Below are positions 41,524-55,160 of a stretch of DNA of 55,160 nt, piece by piece (position 1 is the stretch's first letter; every line of letters begins with the position of its first letter). Under the pieces are notes generated by a model. The model searched no databases. It saw only the letters and a program-made list of their open reading frames with translations, and was not told where the DNA came from. The DNA comes from Eledone cirrhosa. Taxonomy: Eukaryota. The stretch lies in contig CAXHJY010001353.1 of the NCBI GenBank assembly GCA_964016885.1, positions 1 through 55,160 of the forward strand, given 5' to 3'. Made by a program: the position numbers and the translations under genes.

Positions 41524-41947
41524 TTTTAATCACTGAATAGTGAGTGTATATATGTATGAACATGTGGTTGAATAGTGAGTTTATTTATATATAGATATAG
41601 ATATATTATTTGTTTATACTTTGGCGCTATCGGATGTGTATGTAGACAGCATGTATTTATGTATATGGATGCATTTGATTAGTGTTGTATGTGTGTATAT
41701 AGACAAGCTTGAACAGTGAGTGTACGTGTACATAGACAGTATTGAACAGTGAGTATGTATGTTGACAGGTCTGGAAAATGAGTACATGTGTGTAGACAGG
41801 GTGTGTATATGTATATGTCAACAGGTCTGAGCAGTGAGTGTATATGTATGTAGACATGTCTGAACAGGGAGTATATATATGAATACTTGCGTAAATTTTG
41901 AATAATTTCTGTGGTATGTTTCATTGAATAAACAAACAACTATAAGG

Positions 41948-42280
41948 CAGGCCTTTCCAAAGTAGGAGTTGCCACTTCAATGAGGCCTCCACAAAAATTC
42001 AGAGGTTGTTAGTACAATTGAGAAATTATTTTTTAGATTCTAGCTCTATTTACTAATTATAGCTATTTTTCCTGCAAGCAGTTTTCTGGAGTAGATTTTA
42101 CATATCTGGTCTTTCATAGTGAAAATTGCCAATGGTTGATTTTAATGAAAATGTGTGAAGCTCCTCAGGCAGAGAAGAGGTCCAAATTTCTTTTATCAAA
42201 CTGAAAGGAAGTGGAAACGTGAACAATTTCTATTTTTAAAATAAATGGGACTACAACTCCAAAACGTTTGGGATGGCATG
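41948..42280. mobile_element. hAT (Charlie-like) non-autonomous DNA transposon
   Basis: Imperfect TIRs CAGGCCTTTCCAAA / TTTGGGATGGCATG, and an 8-bp TSD ctataagg (41940-41947) / ctgtaagg (42281-42288) with central TA. Confidence 0.75.
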
Positions 42281-44291
42281 CTGTAAGGAACTATCCCCCA
42301 AAAATGAAAAATATTGATTTCCTTTGATAAAAGCTAGAGAAATATTGTTAGAAAATTGTTGTCCAGTGTATTGACCTCCATTGCATTTATATCAATCTCA
42401 AAGGAATGTAATGCTTCATCTATTCCACTGGGATTTCAACTAAGTACAGGAGGAAATTAATACATATGAGACATTTACCATTTCTGTCATCTTTACATTA
42501 AGGTTACTCTATATTAAGTTACCAATATATTAGTCAGATCAACTTTGCCTTTCATCCTTTTGGGGGTCAGTACTGGGTGTGGTGGGTTAACAGGATTGTT
42601 AGTGTTGGTCAAGATGCTTTGCAGTGTCTATTTTGGATCTTTGTGTTCTTATTTCAAATTCTACATATTGTCCAACCCATCTTGGTCAATGTAGAAGACA
42701 GGTAGGCCTAAAAACCAACATCTTTACCATGGTTTCATCCTCCAGGAGATTGAAAACTATGGGGTAGTAAAAATATTGATAGTTTTGGATTAATAATAAA
42801 TATGTAAGGGTTGAGCAGAAAATATCTAAAAACAAGTCTCTAAACTCTTTCATTTCCATATTTCTAATGGAATACTCTGATAATGGTTTTTAAATAATTT
42901 TGAAAATAATCAAGAATTTTGAGTGATTTAGTAATATAACTTTCGCATTGAGTTGGTATTAACAAAGGTCTTAGAGATAAAATTATGATGGAAGATTTTT
43001 ATATGAATATAAATAGTACTCGCTGTAAATGAGGTTGACGTTAGGAAAAGCATCCAGCAGTAGAAACCAAGCCAAAATCAGTTCTGTATAAGCAAGGCAT
43101 GGTCACCTGACCTAGCATTGCCCACAACAGGACAACTCATCTAACCCATGCTAGCATGGAAAAATGGATATACACTAAAATGATAAACACTAAAATAAAC
43201 ATGTATCATAGACCCAGGGGCCATTTCAGGTGATTTGGTAACAGAAGGGTTAATTCAAATGTTTACAGTATCTTTTCAAGGCAATAGATTGTTGTAAAAT
43301 TTGATATATTAGAGTAAAAAATTTAATTTTTAATGCAATGCAGTCATAATACTGTTTTGTACTTTTTTAAGAATGCTTTGCTAATACAGTTTCATGTGGA
43401 ACAGGATGTTGTTAAATTAGCAATATATTATTAATAATGTATATTAAATTATCAAATTATATAATTTAACCTGGAATAATAATGGCTCATCATTTCTACT
43501 TTCCCTCCTCTGAGTCTTTTATTTGGCATTCAATCATACTTGCATGTCCATATAATGCAAAATTCTGGCATTTATAACTTATTCACTTTCATCATTTATA
43601 TGATGCATGTAATAGTTGAGACTGTGATGGTTGAGCATGGTGAGGGAATAGATGAATGGTGCATGCTGGGTAAATAAGGTAAAATAAGAATAAATGCAGC
43701 AAATAATGCAGCAACAAAAAGGGAGAGAAATAAGAGACATAGGTCAGATAAAACCATGAATGTAATGTCAAAAAATAAATCAATGGAGAAGTGTTGTGTT
43801 GCACACCTATCCAACCCAGACTAACTTGAAAAAAACTAACATTAACTACCTTTTTTATACCAAACTAGATGTAACTGCTTCTGGTTCTACAATACAAAAT
43901 TATTTGAAATGTGTGCACCCCAATGCAAATGACAGTAATAATAGTTCATCACTATAAACGATAAGTAAAGTTCACAGAGCTGCCTGCAAGGAATCAAACC
44001 TCACTTCTCTTAACTGCCGAACAAGTTTGTCAAGCACTAGGCTAAAAAGCCACTGACCACCAATTCCAGCTTTTTAGAAAATGTTAAGCCTTTAACTGAA
44101 ATTGTAGTTGTTTATTTTAAAGTATTTGTTCGTAGTTATCTAAAAATCTTCCATCATAATTTTATGGAAGTACATTTATGTTCCAAACACCAGCTTAATA
44201 CTAAATCTGTCCAAATTGTTGGATTTAAAAGAAGAAAAAAAATTAAATATCAGTCTCTTTCACTAGAAATATGGCAATAAAAGAATTAACA

Positions 44292-44335
44292 TCATACTGA
44301 TGAAACACAATAAAGCAGAAACAAGTTGTATTCAA
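44292..44335 (+). ncRNA. Degenerate hammerhead-like motif
   Basis: CUGAUGA-14nt-GAAA-CAAGUUGU-A has core, stem III and a GUA triplet, but stems I and II barely pair. Confidence 0.35.
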
Positions 44336-44749
44336 ATATTAGAGCAATAACTATAACAGCTGAAACATAAGAGCATTTTAATAAATATCAACCCTTTTCT
44401 TACTACAGTGTTTCCTCTATTTTTAGACCTACTCCAAAAATACGCCCTAGCGCATTTTTTCGAAAAACATTAATATAAAAAATAATATAAAATGCAGATT
44501 TCCTGAGTCATGTTAATTACTAATATAATGATACATGACAGTTTTTGAATAAATATATCTTTTATTTATTTTTGGACAACATGCTTTGTGGCATAGAGTT
44601 GTGGTCCTTTAACTTGGGATGAATTGGTATCAAACGGATTGTTTTCTTCAGAAAAGTGTGATTTGTGTTTCAACCCCAATGCATGGCACTTAGCTGTCGT
44701 AAGGAAGTCCATTGAGTGTGTTTGTGTGTTGTCACGCATGTTATATTGA

Positions 44750-45014
44750 CATCATCATCATCATTTTACGTCCACTTTTCCCTGCTTGCAAGGGTGGGAC
44801 GGGAACTGATTCTGGCTTGATCTCTACAGCTGGATGCCCTTCCTAACACCAACCTCATTTACAGTGAGTGCTGGGTGCTTTTTTGCCGTGGCACCTCCAC
44901 CACCACTTTGCAGTGGAATGATAGGGACCCCAGTCCCTATCATCTCATTTCTACAGCTGAGTAAACTGGAGCAATGTGAAATAAAGTGTCTTGCTCAAGG
45001 AAACAACACATCAC
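44750..45014 (-). mobile_element. Head-truncated SINE with an RTE family-B 3' end
   Basis: Near-identical to 38581-38834, with a (TGA)n tail. Confidence 0.88.
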
Positions 45015-46974
45015 ATGACACTATTTGTAAAAAAAAAGAAGCTGACATTGAATGTCAGCATGAGATATAAGATATGGGTTGGTATTAATAAGGGTATCTG
45101 TTCATAGAAAATGTAGATATAAAAACGATGAGGATGATGATGATGGTGACAGTAATGAGATGATTATATGGTAGTTGTGATGTTGATGATTGTGGTGGTG
45201 GCAGTGATAATGATTGCGGTTTGTGATTGCGGTGGTGATGGTAATGAGATGATTTTGTGGAGCGGTGGTGGTGGTGAATATGAGGATGATCGCAATGGTG
45301 ATGATCATCATTTGGTCAATCAAATCAAAACCAATGAACACTTGACAAAATAGATTAAAACAACAATAATTTTAGTCTATTACACATTTCATTTCCACAA
45401 TAATATAGAAGATCTTGTATGCCATTGTAGATGGAAGCTGTACAATTGTAGTTTACTGAATATTTGCATATTTATCATTTATTGTAAAAATGTTCTTAAT
45501 ATTGATTGGAAAAAAATAAGATAAAAAATATAATTTTTTTCTTTAATTACTTACTTTTCTTTGTTTTTTTGCTTTTTTTCTTTGTTAATTAATTTCAAAC
45601 ATAGATTAAATGAGTATCTCTATTCTTCTAATTAATTTTAATAAAAACGCTTCATTTCAATTTAAGTAAATTGCATTTGTAATATTTTCTCCAAGTCTAA
45701 AGTTTAGTGAAATGATTTCCGATTGAAAATTCTGTGAATGCCCCAATTTCTTGGCAAGTTCACTTGAACTTCATAATCATGTTCATTATAATACTTCTCT
45801 AAAGAAACACAACATAGAATTTAACCCTTTTGTTACTATATTTCTAATGAAAGGCATTACATTATTTTCAACTCATATTGAAAATAATGAAAGATTTGAA
45901 GCAATTTTGTAATATAACTCATTTTCTTATTAACCTCTCCAGATAACTCATCCTAATATGTATGCATTCCAGTGCCACAGACGAGATAACTCGTTTCCAA
46001 CAGTTCATAACTTCATTTTATTGAGAAAAATAAAATGGCATAGCAACAGGTTAAGCTGGTGGATTGGCAGTAATAGTAGAGCAACATGTTTTGCAGCATA
46101 TAGTTATGGCCCTTTGCATTCTGATTTCAAATCCTGCCAAAGTTAGCTTTGACTTTCATCCTTATGAAGTCGATAAAATAAAGTACCAGTAATGCACTAG
46201 GGTGCGATTTAATCGACTTTTCCCTCCCCAAAATTGTTGGCCTTTTTGCCTAAATCAGAAACCATATTTCTAATGAAAGACACTGCTTATGATTTTCAAC
46301 TCTTATTAAGCTGTTGTTTGGAGCATAATTTAAGTTAGGATGGATGATTTTTAGATGAATATAAATGATTAACACTTTTGTTACTATATTTCAAATCAAA
46401 GCCTCTGTCTATGATTTTCAAATCATTTTAAAAATAATAATTTGAAGGAATTTTGTAATATAACTAACTTCATTAAGATAGTGTTTGGAACATAACTTAA
46501 CAAAGGTACTTACATAAAGTTATGATAGATTTTTAGATAAATATAAACACTTTCATGACCATATTTCTAATGAACACTGCCAATTATTTTCAAATTATTT
46601 TGAAAATAATTTAGAAGAATTTGATATAACTTTCTCATTACTAAGCTGTTGTTTGTAGCATAACAGTTTCTTGATGTGTTTTTTTTTTCTTTTTTAAATG
46701 TGTGTTTTGGAACTCAGTCAGTTTTAACAATGAATGTTCTGCTGGTTCAAACAATGGAACAGCCTACCAGTGAAATTAATGTTGTTGAGCACACTTAAAA
46801 TAGTTCTCAGGGAAATTCAGCTTGTCACTGTGTAAACAGGCTGTCCCTTTTGAATTTCAGATACAACTTATTTTTGCCAGCTGAGTGGACAGGAACAATG
46901 TAAAATAGTGTTTGCTTGAAGATACAATTCATCACTGGTTGGTCAGAACACTCTTAACAATTCCTCTCCACATC

Positions 46975-47152
46975 ACTACAATCCAGCATTGCTGTTCCCA
47001 GTGCTCTGGGATGGATTCCTGAATATTGTGAGAGTCTCTGGATATCATTTTTCAACAATGGACACTTTCAGAGGGCTTCCAGAGGAGAAGCGATCAAATA
47101 TTACTTCCTCTGATGCCCTAAAACAATGACCTGCGAACTGGAGTCTTTGCAT
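46975..47152 (-). mobile_element. Decayed RTE/RTEX-like LINE 3' fragment
   Basis: - strand reads RLQFAGHCFRASEEVI..., then LLLWKP after a frameshift. Confidence 0.55.
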
Positions 47153-48771
47153 TAACTCACCGTCTCACTATTGTGAGCCAAACACCTAACCATTAAGCCG
47201 CACACCTTCACAGGTATAAAACAAACATCTTTCGTATTATAGAACCATGGACAGTTTCAAGTAGTTGGATATCAAGAGTTCAGGCTTAGAATTTCTAATT
47301 TTACTATTTTACCTTCTATGTATAATATAGCTATGGACATGACTAAATGGTTAAGTTCACTTCCCAAGTGTTAGGTCATGGGTTCGATTGCACCATATGG
47401 CATTGTGGCATCTTGGGCAAGTATCATTTTCCCATAAGCATATGAATGAAATTTGGTAGATGGGAACTGTTTGGAAGTCTGTCAGATGAACTGTACCTGT
47501 AATTCAAAGGGTCTGCCTTGTCTCACACTGCGTAATGATGAATCTCCCTATGTCTGTGGAATGCTCAGCCACCTACACATGGCTTTCACAAGCAGACTAT
47601 TCCATTGATTGAACAACTGGATTGCTCATCATCAAAACTAAAATTGGTTTATTCCATTTTATTTATATTTACACACACACACACATACGCATGCGCGCTG
47701 GCTACACATGTACACACTTCCCCCCCCCCCCCCCTCCACCCCTTCCCACACCCCCGTCCACCCCTTCCCACACCCCCGTCCACCCCTTCCCACACACACC
47801 TCCCCTCCACCCCTTCCCACACACACACCTCTCCTCCACCCACTCCCACATACACCTCCCCTCCACCCACTCCCATATACACCCATTTGGACAGTTGATT
47901 TATTAGATACCCTTTGAATCCTTTTTTACTCAGTTCTGCTTTCTCTCACTCACTCCTTTAAAGGTATCAATATTATAGAACAGCCCCCCCCCTTCATTCG
48001 TACCTCTAGACTACCTTCATCACCCCCCCCCCCACTATCCCCATCATCTTATCTGTACCACCACCACACCCATCTTGTCTATACCCCTCTACCACCATCA
48101 CATCTATGCCTCCACCACCACTACATCTATACTACCACCACCACTACATCTGTACTCCCACCACTGCCAGATCTATACCTCTACCTTCACTCCACCCCAC
48201 ATCCCACCCCGTCTCTAACCACCCCTTCCACACCTGCCTCCATTCTCCAATTACTTCAATAAATCTACAATGGTTTAGATATCCTGACAATCCCTTTTTA
48301 GCATTTCAGTTTGAAAATAGAGAACCTGCACACACACCTGTACACACACCCATACACACTCACACACCTTGACCTACCTATTTACCTGGATATCTTGTCT
48401 GGGGTGAAGTTGATTACTTATTGCTATATTTATCTCGGGTGTCTCAAGTTAAAGTACTTTCTTTATGAAGATCAAAGCCTCAGAATAGTTTGGGTTTGGT
48501 AGATAGCATATCAGCGAGTCAAGGGCAGGACAACCTCTCTCTAGTGTTGGTGACATGATAAAATGCACCCAGTACACTATGTAAAGAGGTTGGTGATAGA
48601 AAGGGCTTCCAGCCATAGAAAACTTGCCAAACAAAGGCTAAAAAAACTCTTTAGTTGTGTCAGAGACATAGAGATGGGGCCAATAAAATGCACCCGGGTC
48701 ACTCTGTAGAGAATAAGTGCAGGAATGTAAGCCAGATGTAATCATGTGTATCCAGTTTAGAACAGGTACAC

Positions 48772-49615
48772 ACTCTCTGCTTTACTATAGGTATACTGTA
48801 TCTCTTCTTTACTATAGATACACTATCTCTGCTTTACTATAGGTACACTGTATCTCTGCTTTACTATAGGTACACTGTATCTCTGCTTTACTATAGGTAC
48901 ACTGTATCTCTGCTTTACTATAGGTACACTGTATCTCTGCTTTACTATAGGTACACTGTATATCTGCTTTACTATAGATACACTGTATCTCTGCTTTACT
49001 ACAGGTACACTGTATCTCTGTTTTACTATAGGTACACTGTATCTCTGCTTTACTATAGATACACTGTATCTCTGCTTTACTATAGATACACTGTATCTCT
49101 GCTTTACAATAGGTACACTGTATCTCTGCTTTACAATAGGTACACTGTATCTCTGCTTTACTATAGGTACACTGTATCTCTTCTTTACTACAGGTACACT
49201 GTATCTCTGCTTTACTACAGGTACACTGTATCTCTGCTTTACTATAGGTACACTGTATCTCTGCTTTACTATAGGTACACTGTATCTCTGCTTTACAATA
49301 GGTATACTGTATCTCTGCTTTACTATAGGTACACTGTATCTCTGCTTTACTATAGGTACACTGTATCTCTGCTTTACTATAGGTACACTGTATCTCTGCT
49401 TTACAATAGGTACACTGTATCTCTGCTTTACTATAGGTACACTGTATCTCTGCTTTACAGTAGGTATACTGTATCTCTGCTTTACTATAGGTACACTGTA
49501 TCTCTGCTTTACTATAGGTACACTGTATCTCTGCTTTACAGTAGGTACACTGTATCTCTGCTTTACAGTAGGTATACTGTATCTCTGCTTTACTATAGGT
49601 ATACTGTATCCCTGC
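48772..49615. repeat. 27-bp minisatellite (ctctgctttactataggtacactgtat) x ~31
   Basis: Highly homogeneous tandem array; it explains the 272-aa RYSVPIVKQ pseudo-ORF. Confidence 0.97.
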
Positions 49616-50151
49616 TTGTCATAAGAAACAGCTTCTTGCATATGAAACTGTTGGTATCAGTGATCAGTTCCCAGGTCCCATCATAAAGAGGTTTACAACA
49701 TGGGCCCGATAAAAAACAACAAAGCTTTGGCTCATAGAAAGACATCAGTCTGTAAGATATTGCCTCAAAAAAGGACCCCCCCCCCCTCTCACCATGCTGA
49801 ATATGTAGGTTACTGTGAGGTCTTGCCAGTTTAGCAGAGGGGAAATGGCCTTAAAACTTTTACTATTGTGGTGGTGGTGGTGGTGGTGATGACAATAGTG
49901 ATGATTATGATGATCAGCAGCATGCCTCTCACTGTGGCAATTAGAAGCAGAATAGAAAACAAGTTTCTATATTGTTTCTGAACAATCTCAAATTATGTTC
50001 TGTTATCACCAAGTACAAAATCCAATACAGAAGAGAGCTCTCCTTGTAGCCACAATTTCTGGTGAGTATGTGTGTGTGTGAGTATATGTACACACAATGT
50101 ATATATATACATACACCCGTACTTATATATATATATATATATACACCCGTA

Positions 50152-50187
<36 letters not shown>

Positions 50188-50355
50188 AACACACGCATGT
50201 TCTTTTTTTTTTTTCAAATAGGAAGTGGAAAATATTTAATGCAAAATACTTTCTGATTTATCTATAGACCTACAACAACAGCAATGATAACAAAAATCAA
50301 TGCTGTATTGCGACACTTACATTCTGCATATTTCTTCTGGTGGTGCTGGTATTAT

Positions 50356-50760
50356 TGGTGTTGGGGATTTCATTGTAGTGCTGGTGGTGGTGGTGCTGGT
50401 GTTGGGGATTTCATTGTAGTGCTGGTGGTGGTGGCGGTGGTGTTGAGGGTTTCATTGTAGTGGGGGTGGTACTGGTATTGTTGGTGTTGGGGATTTCATT
50501 GTAGTGCTGGTGGCAGTGGTGTTGAGGGTTTCATTGTAGTGGTGGTGTTGAGGGTTTCATTGTAGTGGTGGTGTTGAGGGTTTCATTGTAGTGGTGGTGT
50601 TGAGGGTTTCATTGTAGTGGTGGTGTTGAGGGTTTCATTGTAGTGGTGGTGTTGGGGGTTTCATTGTAGTGGTGGTGTTGGGGGTTTCATTGTAGTGGTG
50701 GTGTTGAGGGTTTCATTGTAGTGGTGGTGTTGGGGGTTTCATTGTAGTTGTGGTGTTGGT
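50356..50760. repeat. 26-bp minisatellite (gagggtttcattgtagtggtggtgtt) with longer units at the 5' side
   Basis: Direct inspection. Confidence 0.93.
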
Positions 50761-51721
50761 GGCTGTGGTTGTAGTAGTGATAGTGATGGTTTTGTTGTCA
50801 TACTGATGGTAGTGTTGTTGTTGCGATGCTGGTGATTGTGGTTTTGCTATTGTTATAGTGGTGATGCTTTCATTGTTGTGGTGGTGGTTGCGTTGATGTT
50901 GGTTTTTTTTTATCTCTAGTAATTTCTGTTGATGCAGACTTCTGGTATGGAGCTAGCTGATCAGCTCAGCTACCTCCTAACACACTATATGCCAACAGAT
51001 AAAAACAAACAAAAGCAGTAACAACACTACATTCAGTATGTGGGATTTGTTGTTACTGTCTAGTTGCATTTCGAATCACTCTTAGATCCTAACAAAGTGT
51101 GGTATATATATACTTTGGTTAGATGTGTGTAAGATGGTGGTTTATAGGAGCTGTCATGTCTGGTCTGCTCTGGTCTGGTTTAATCTGATCTCTACTGCAT
51201 CCCATTTACTTCAACTGTTGAGTCTGTTAATGTCTACATCCATTTGTTTAATCTTTTAGGTTCTGACCCCCTTCTCTCTCTTTCTCTCTCGCTCGCGCTC
51301 TCTCTCTCTCTCTCTCTTTCTCTCTTTCTCTTTCTCTCTCTCTCTCTCAATATTTGTAGGTGAAAAGGGAAAATAGTTCTCAATTGGGAAGAGAGCAGAA
51401 ATTGTAATTGTACATATCATCATCGTTTAACGTCCATTTTCCACGCTAGTGTGGGTTAGACAGGTTGTCCCATTCGAGGCAAGTTTGGTCAGGTAACCGT
51501 GTCTTGCTTATACAGAACTGTTTCTGGCTAGATTTCTAGAGCTTGATGCCCTTCCTAATGCCAACCACATTTACAGTATGGGTTGGGTGCTTTTAGTCGT
51601 AACAGTATGGGCTGGATGCTCTTTGTTATATATATATATTTTAGAGAGATTTGGCTGCATCATTAGAGCATCAGATGAAATGCTTTGCCATATTTATTCC
51701 CTTTCTTTGCCTTTTGTTTCC

Positions 51722-51955
51722 AAACCTCACCAGAATCCACTGGGGTAGTAGACTTAATCTGTCACCGTGTTTAACACCACCATCTGGCTCTCTGTTGCTC
51801 ATACTTTGCCAGAATCCACTGAGGTAGTAGACTTAATCTGTCACCCTGTTTAACACCACCATCTGGATCTATGTTGCTCAAACCTCACCATAATCCACTG
51901 GGGTAGGAGACTTAATCTATCACCCTGTTTAACACCACCATCTGGCTCTCTGTTT
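51722..51955. repeat. ~79-bp tandem triplication
   Basis: aatccactg.ggtag.agacttaatct.tcacc.tgtttaacaccaccatctgg repeated three times. Confidence 0.92.
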
Positions 51956-52865
51956 CAAGCATTGAAGCTAGGTTCTCCCACCCACCATTCTCAGATGTCC
52001 TGGAAACAGATTATAGGCACTATTCCTCCTCATGACTAAACAATTGTATGTATATATCCTCGTTTTTACGTCTGCTTTTCCATGCTTGCATGGGTTGGGC
52101 GGGTCCTTCTCAGCATGAATTCTCTCCACATGTCGCCATCCTTTGTCATCACCTCTGTGAACTAGAACAAGGTGAAATAAAGTGTTTTGCTCAAGAACAC
52201 CACACACTACTCAGTCCGGAATTCACTCAGAATCTTACGATTGTGAGCTTGCTCCTACTAAGCCATCTTCCTTTGCAGAAAAAAAAAAAAAATATATATA
52301 TATACATATATATATCAACATCATCATCATTGTTATATGTCCATTCTTCCATGCTAGCATGATATATATGTATGTACCAGCTTTACCACATGAGAAGCTA
52401 CTGGATGCATTTTATCATGGCACCAGCAGTAGAGAGACTCTTATATGATCCCCCCACTACCCTATATTGTCTCTAATTACCAACCACTTTACAGAGTTTA
52501 ATGGGTACATTTTATCATGACACCAGCACTACCACTTATGGAGTACACTGGTTGCATTTTATTGTGGCACCAGCACTAAGGTTATGTGCTCAGCTAGATA
52601 GGAGAGTCCATTTTATCCTATATTTTCTCAGTTTGATCAGTCTTCTTGCAAAAGGCTTAAAATATAAATGTGATTTGCCAATCTAACTGTACACCCTAGT
52701 TAGATTGTCAGTTGAGTAGCCAGTCATTAATATTATGTTAAAATATATCTAGAAGATATGTCTGCAAGGAAAGCCAACACATGACATATGTTTGATGTTT
52801 CATCTTGTAGCTGTCAGACAATAGCTAAAATGTACTATATCTACAACTATATATATATTTATAAT

Positions 52866-52959
52866 TGTATGTGTGTATGTATGTAAATAAGTGTATGTAT
52901 GTAAATAAGTGTGTGTGTGTAAATAAATGTATATATATATACATATGTATGGAAATAAA

Positions 52960-53006
<47 letters not shown>

Positions 53007-53539
53007 ATAAATGTATTGTGATGCATACATTCATATATATATTTATATATCACGATACATTTATATATACTCACACACACGCGCGCGTGCGTGTATATGT
53101 GTATATATGTATGTGTGTGTATGTGTATATATGTGTGTGTGTATATATATATATGTGTGTGTATATATATATATATGTGTGTATGTATATATATATGTGT
53201 GTGTATGTATATATATGTGTGTGTGTATATATATATATGTGTGTGTGTGTGTGTATATATGTGTGTGTGTGTATATGTGTGTGTGTATGTGTGTGTGTGT
53301 ATATATGTGTGTGTATATGTGTGTGTGTATATGTGTGTGTGTGTGTATGTGTGTGTGTGTATATATGTGTGTGTATATGTGTGTGTGTATATATGTGTGT
53401 GTATATATATGTATATATGTGTGTATATATATGTGTGTATATATATATATATATGTGTGTATATATATGTGTGTATATATATATGTGTGTATATATATAT
53501 ATATATGTGTGTATATATATATATATATATGTGTGTATA

Positions 53540-53572
<33 letters not shown>

Positions 53573-53653
53573 GTGTGTATATATATGTGTATATATATAT
53601 ATATATATGTGTGTATATATATGTGTGTATATATATATATATATGTGTGTATA

Positions 53654-53684
<31 letters not shown>

Positions 53685-53693
53685 GTGTGTATA

Positions 53694-53724
<31 letters not shown>

Positions 53725-54271
53725 GTGTGTATATATATGTGTGTATATATATATATATATATGTGTGTGTGTATATATATATATGTGTGTGTGTATATAT
53801 ATATATGTGTATATGTATATATGTGTGTATATATATATATATGTATGTATATATATATATATGTGTATATGTATATATATATGTATATATATATATGTAT
53901 ATATATATGTATATATGTATATATATATGTATATATATATGTATATATATATGTATATATATATGTATATATATGTATATATATATGTATATATATGTAT
54001 ATATATATGTATATATATATATGTATATGTATATGTATATGTATATATATGTGTATATATATGTGTATATATATGTGTATATATATGTGTATATATATGT
54101 GTATATATATGTATATATATATGTATATATATATGTATATATATATGTATATATATATGTATATATATATGTATATATATATGTATATATATATGTATAT
54201 ATATGTATATATATGTATATATATATATGTATATATATATATGTATATATATATATGTATATATATATATG

Positions 54272-54302
<31 letters not shown>

Positions 54303-54375
54303 GTATATATATATATGTATATATATATGTATATATATATATGTATATATATATATATGTATATATATATATGTG

Positions 54376-54422
<47 letters not shown>

Positions 54423-54439
54423 GTATATATATATATGTG

Positions 54440-54470
<31 letters not shown>

Positions 54471-54897
54471 GTATATATATATATGTATATATATATATAT
54501 GTATATATATATGTATATATATGTATATATATATATGTATATATGTATATGTATATATATATGTATATATGTATATATATATATATGTATATATATATGT
54601 ATATATATATGTATATATATATGTATATATATATGTATATGTATATGTATATATATATGTATATATATATGTATATATATATGTATATATATATGTATAT
54701 ATATATGTATATATATATGTATATATATATGTATGTATATATGTATGTATATATATATGTATATATAGTATGTATATATATAATATATATATATGTATAT
54801 ATATAATATATATATATGTATATATATAATATATATATATGTATATATATAATATATATATATGTATATATATAATATATATATATGTATATATATA

Positions 54898-54942
<45 letters not shown>

Positions 54943-55011
54943 ATATATATATATGTATATATATAATATATATATATGTATATATATAATATATATATAT
55001 GTATATATATA

Positions 55012-55061
<50 letters not shown>

Positions 55062-55160
55062 GTATATATATGTATATATATATGTGTATATATATATATA
55101 TATGTATATATATGTATATATATATATGTATATATATGTATATATATATATATATGTATA
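52866..55160. repeat. (TG)/(TA) compound microsatellite running off the window
   Basis: Direct inspection. Confidence 0.97.

Noticed and set aside
44406-44580. hAT-like terminus CAGTGTTTCCTCTA
   Set aside because: No matching second TIR or TSD was found.
48772-49615. CRISPR-like regular array
   Set aside because: Pure tandem repeat with no unique spacers and no cas genes, in eukaryotic context.

Overview
This is AT-rich, repeat-saturated eukaryotic DNA. The huge (TA)n-derived arrays, RTE LINEs and tRNA-headed SINEs suggest an octopus/coleoid cephalopod, but that is an inference. The only host coding sequence I can support is a 62-nt exon (2046-2107, +) encoding part of the I-BAR/IMD domain of an MTSS1/MIM-like protein; I found no following exon, so the rest is probably one large intron. 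The window holds four 5'-truncated RTE-clade LINE copies from two families, all flanked by TA-rich arrays, with a C4HC3 PHD-like finger inside the RT region. It also holds older RTE fragments, at least three SINE families, piggyBac-like and hAT-like MITEs, and mini/microsatellites. The most striking signal is a set of minimal type-I hammerhead ribozymes of the Penelope-like/retrozyme kind. One lies in a ~389-nt non-coding unit whose repeat boundary falls within 1 nt of its predicted self-cleavage site (26277-26798). Two more sit in the opposite arms of a ~300-bp fold-back (6144-6451), and there are several decayed or truncated copies. Nearly all long ORFs in the supplied track other than the RT ORFs are microsatellite artefacts. 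All alignments and folds were done by eye.
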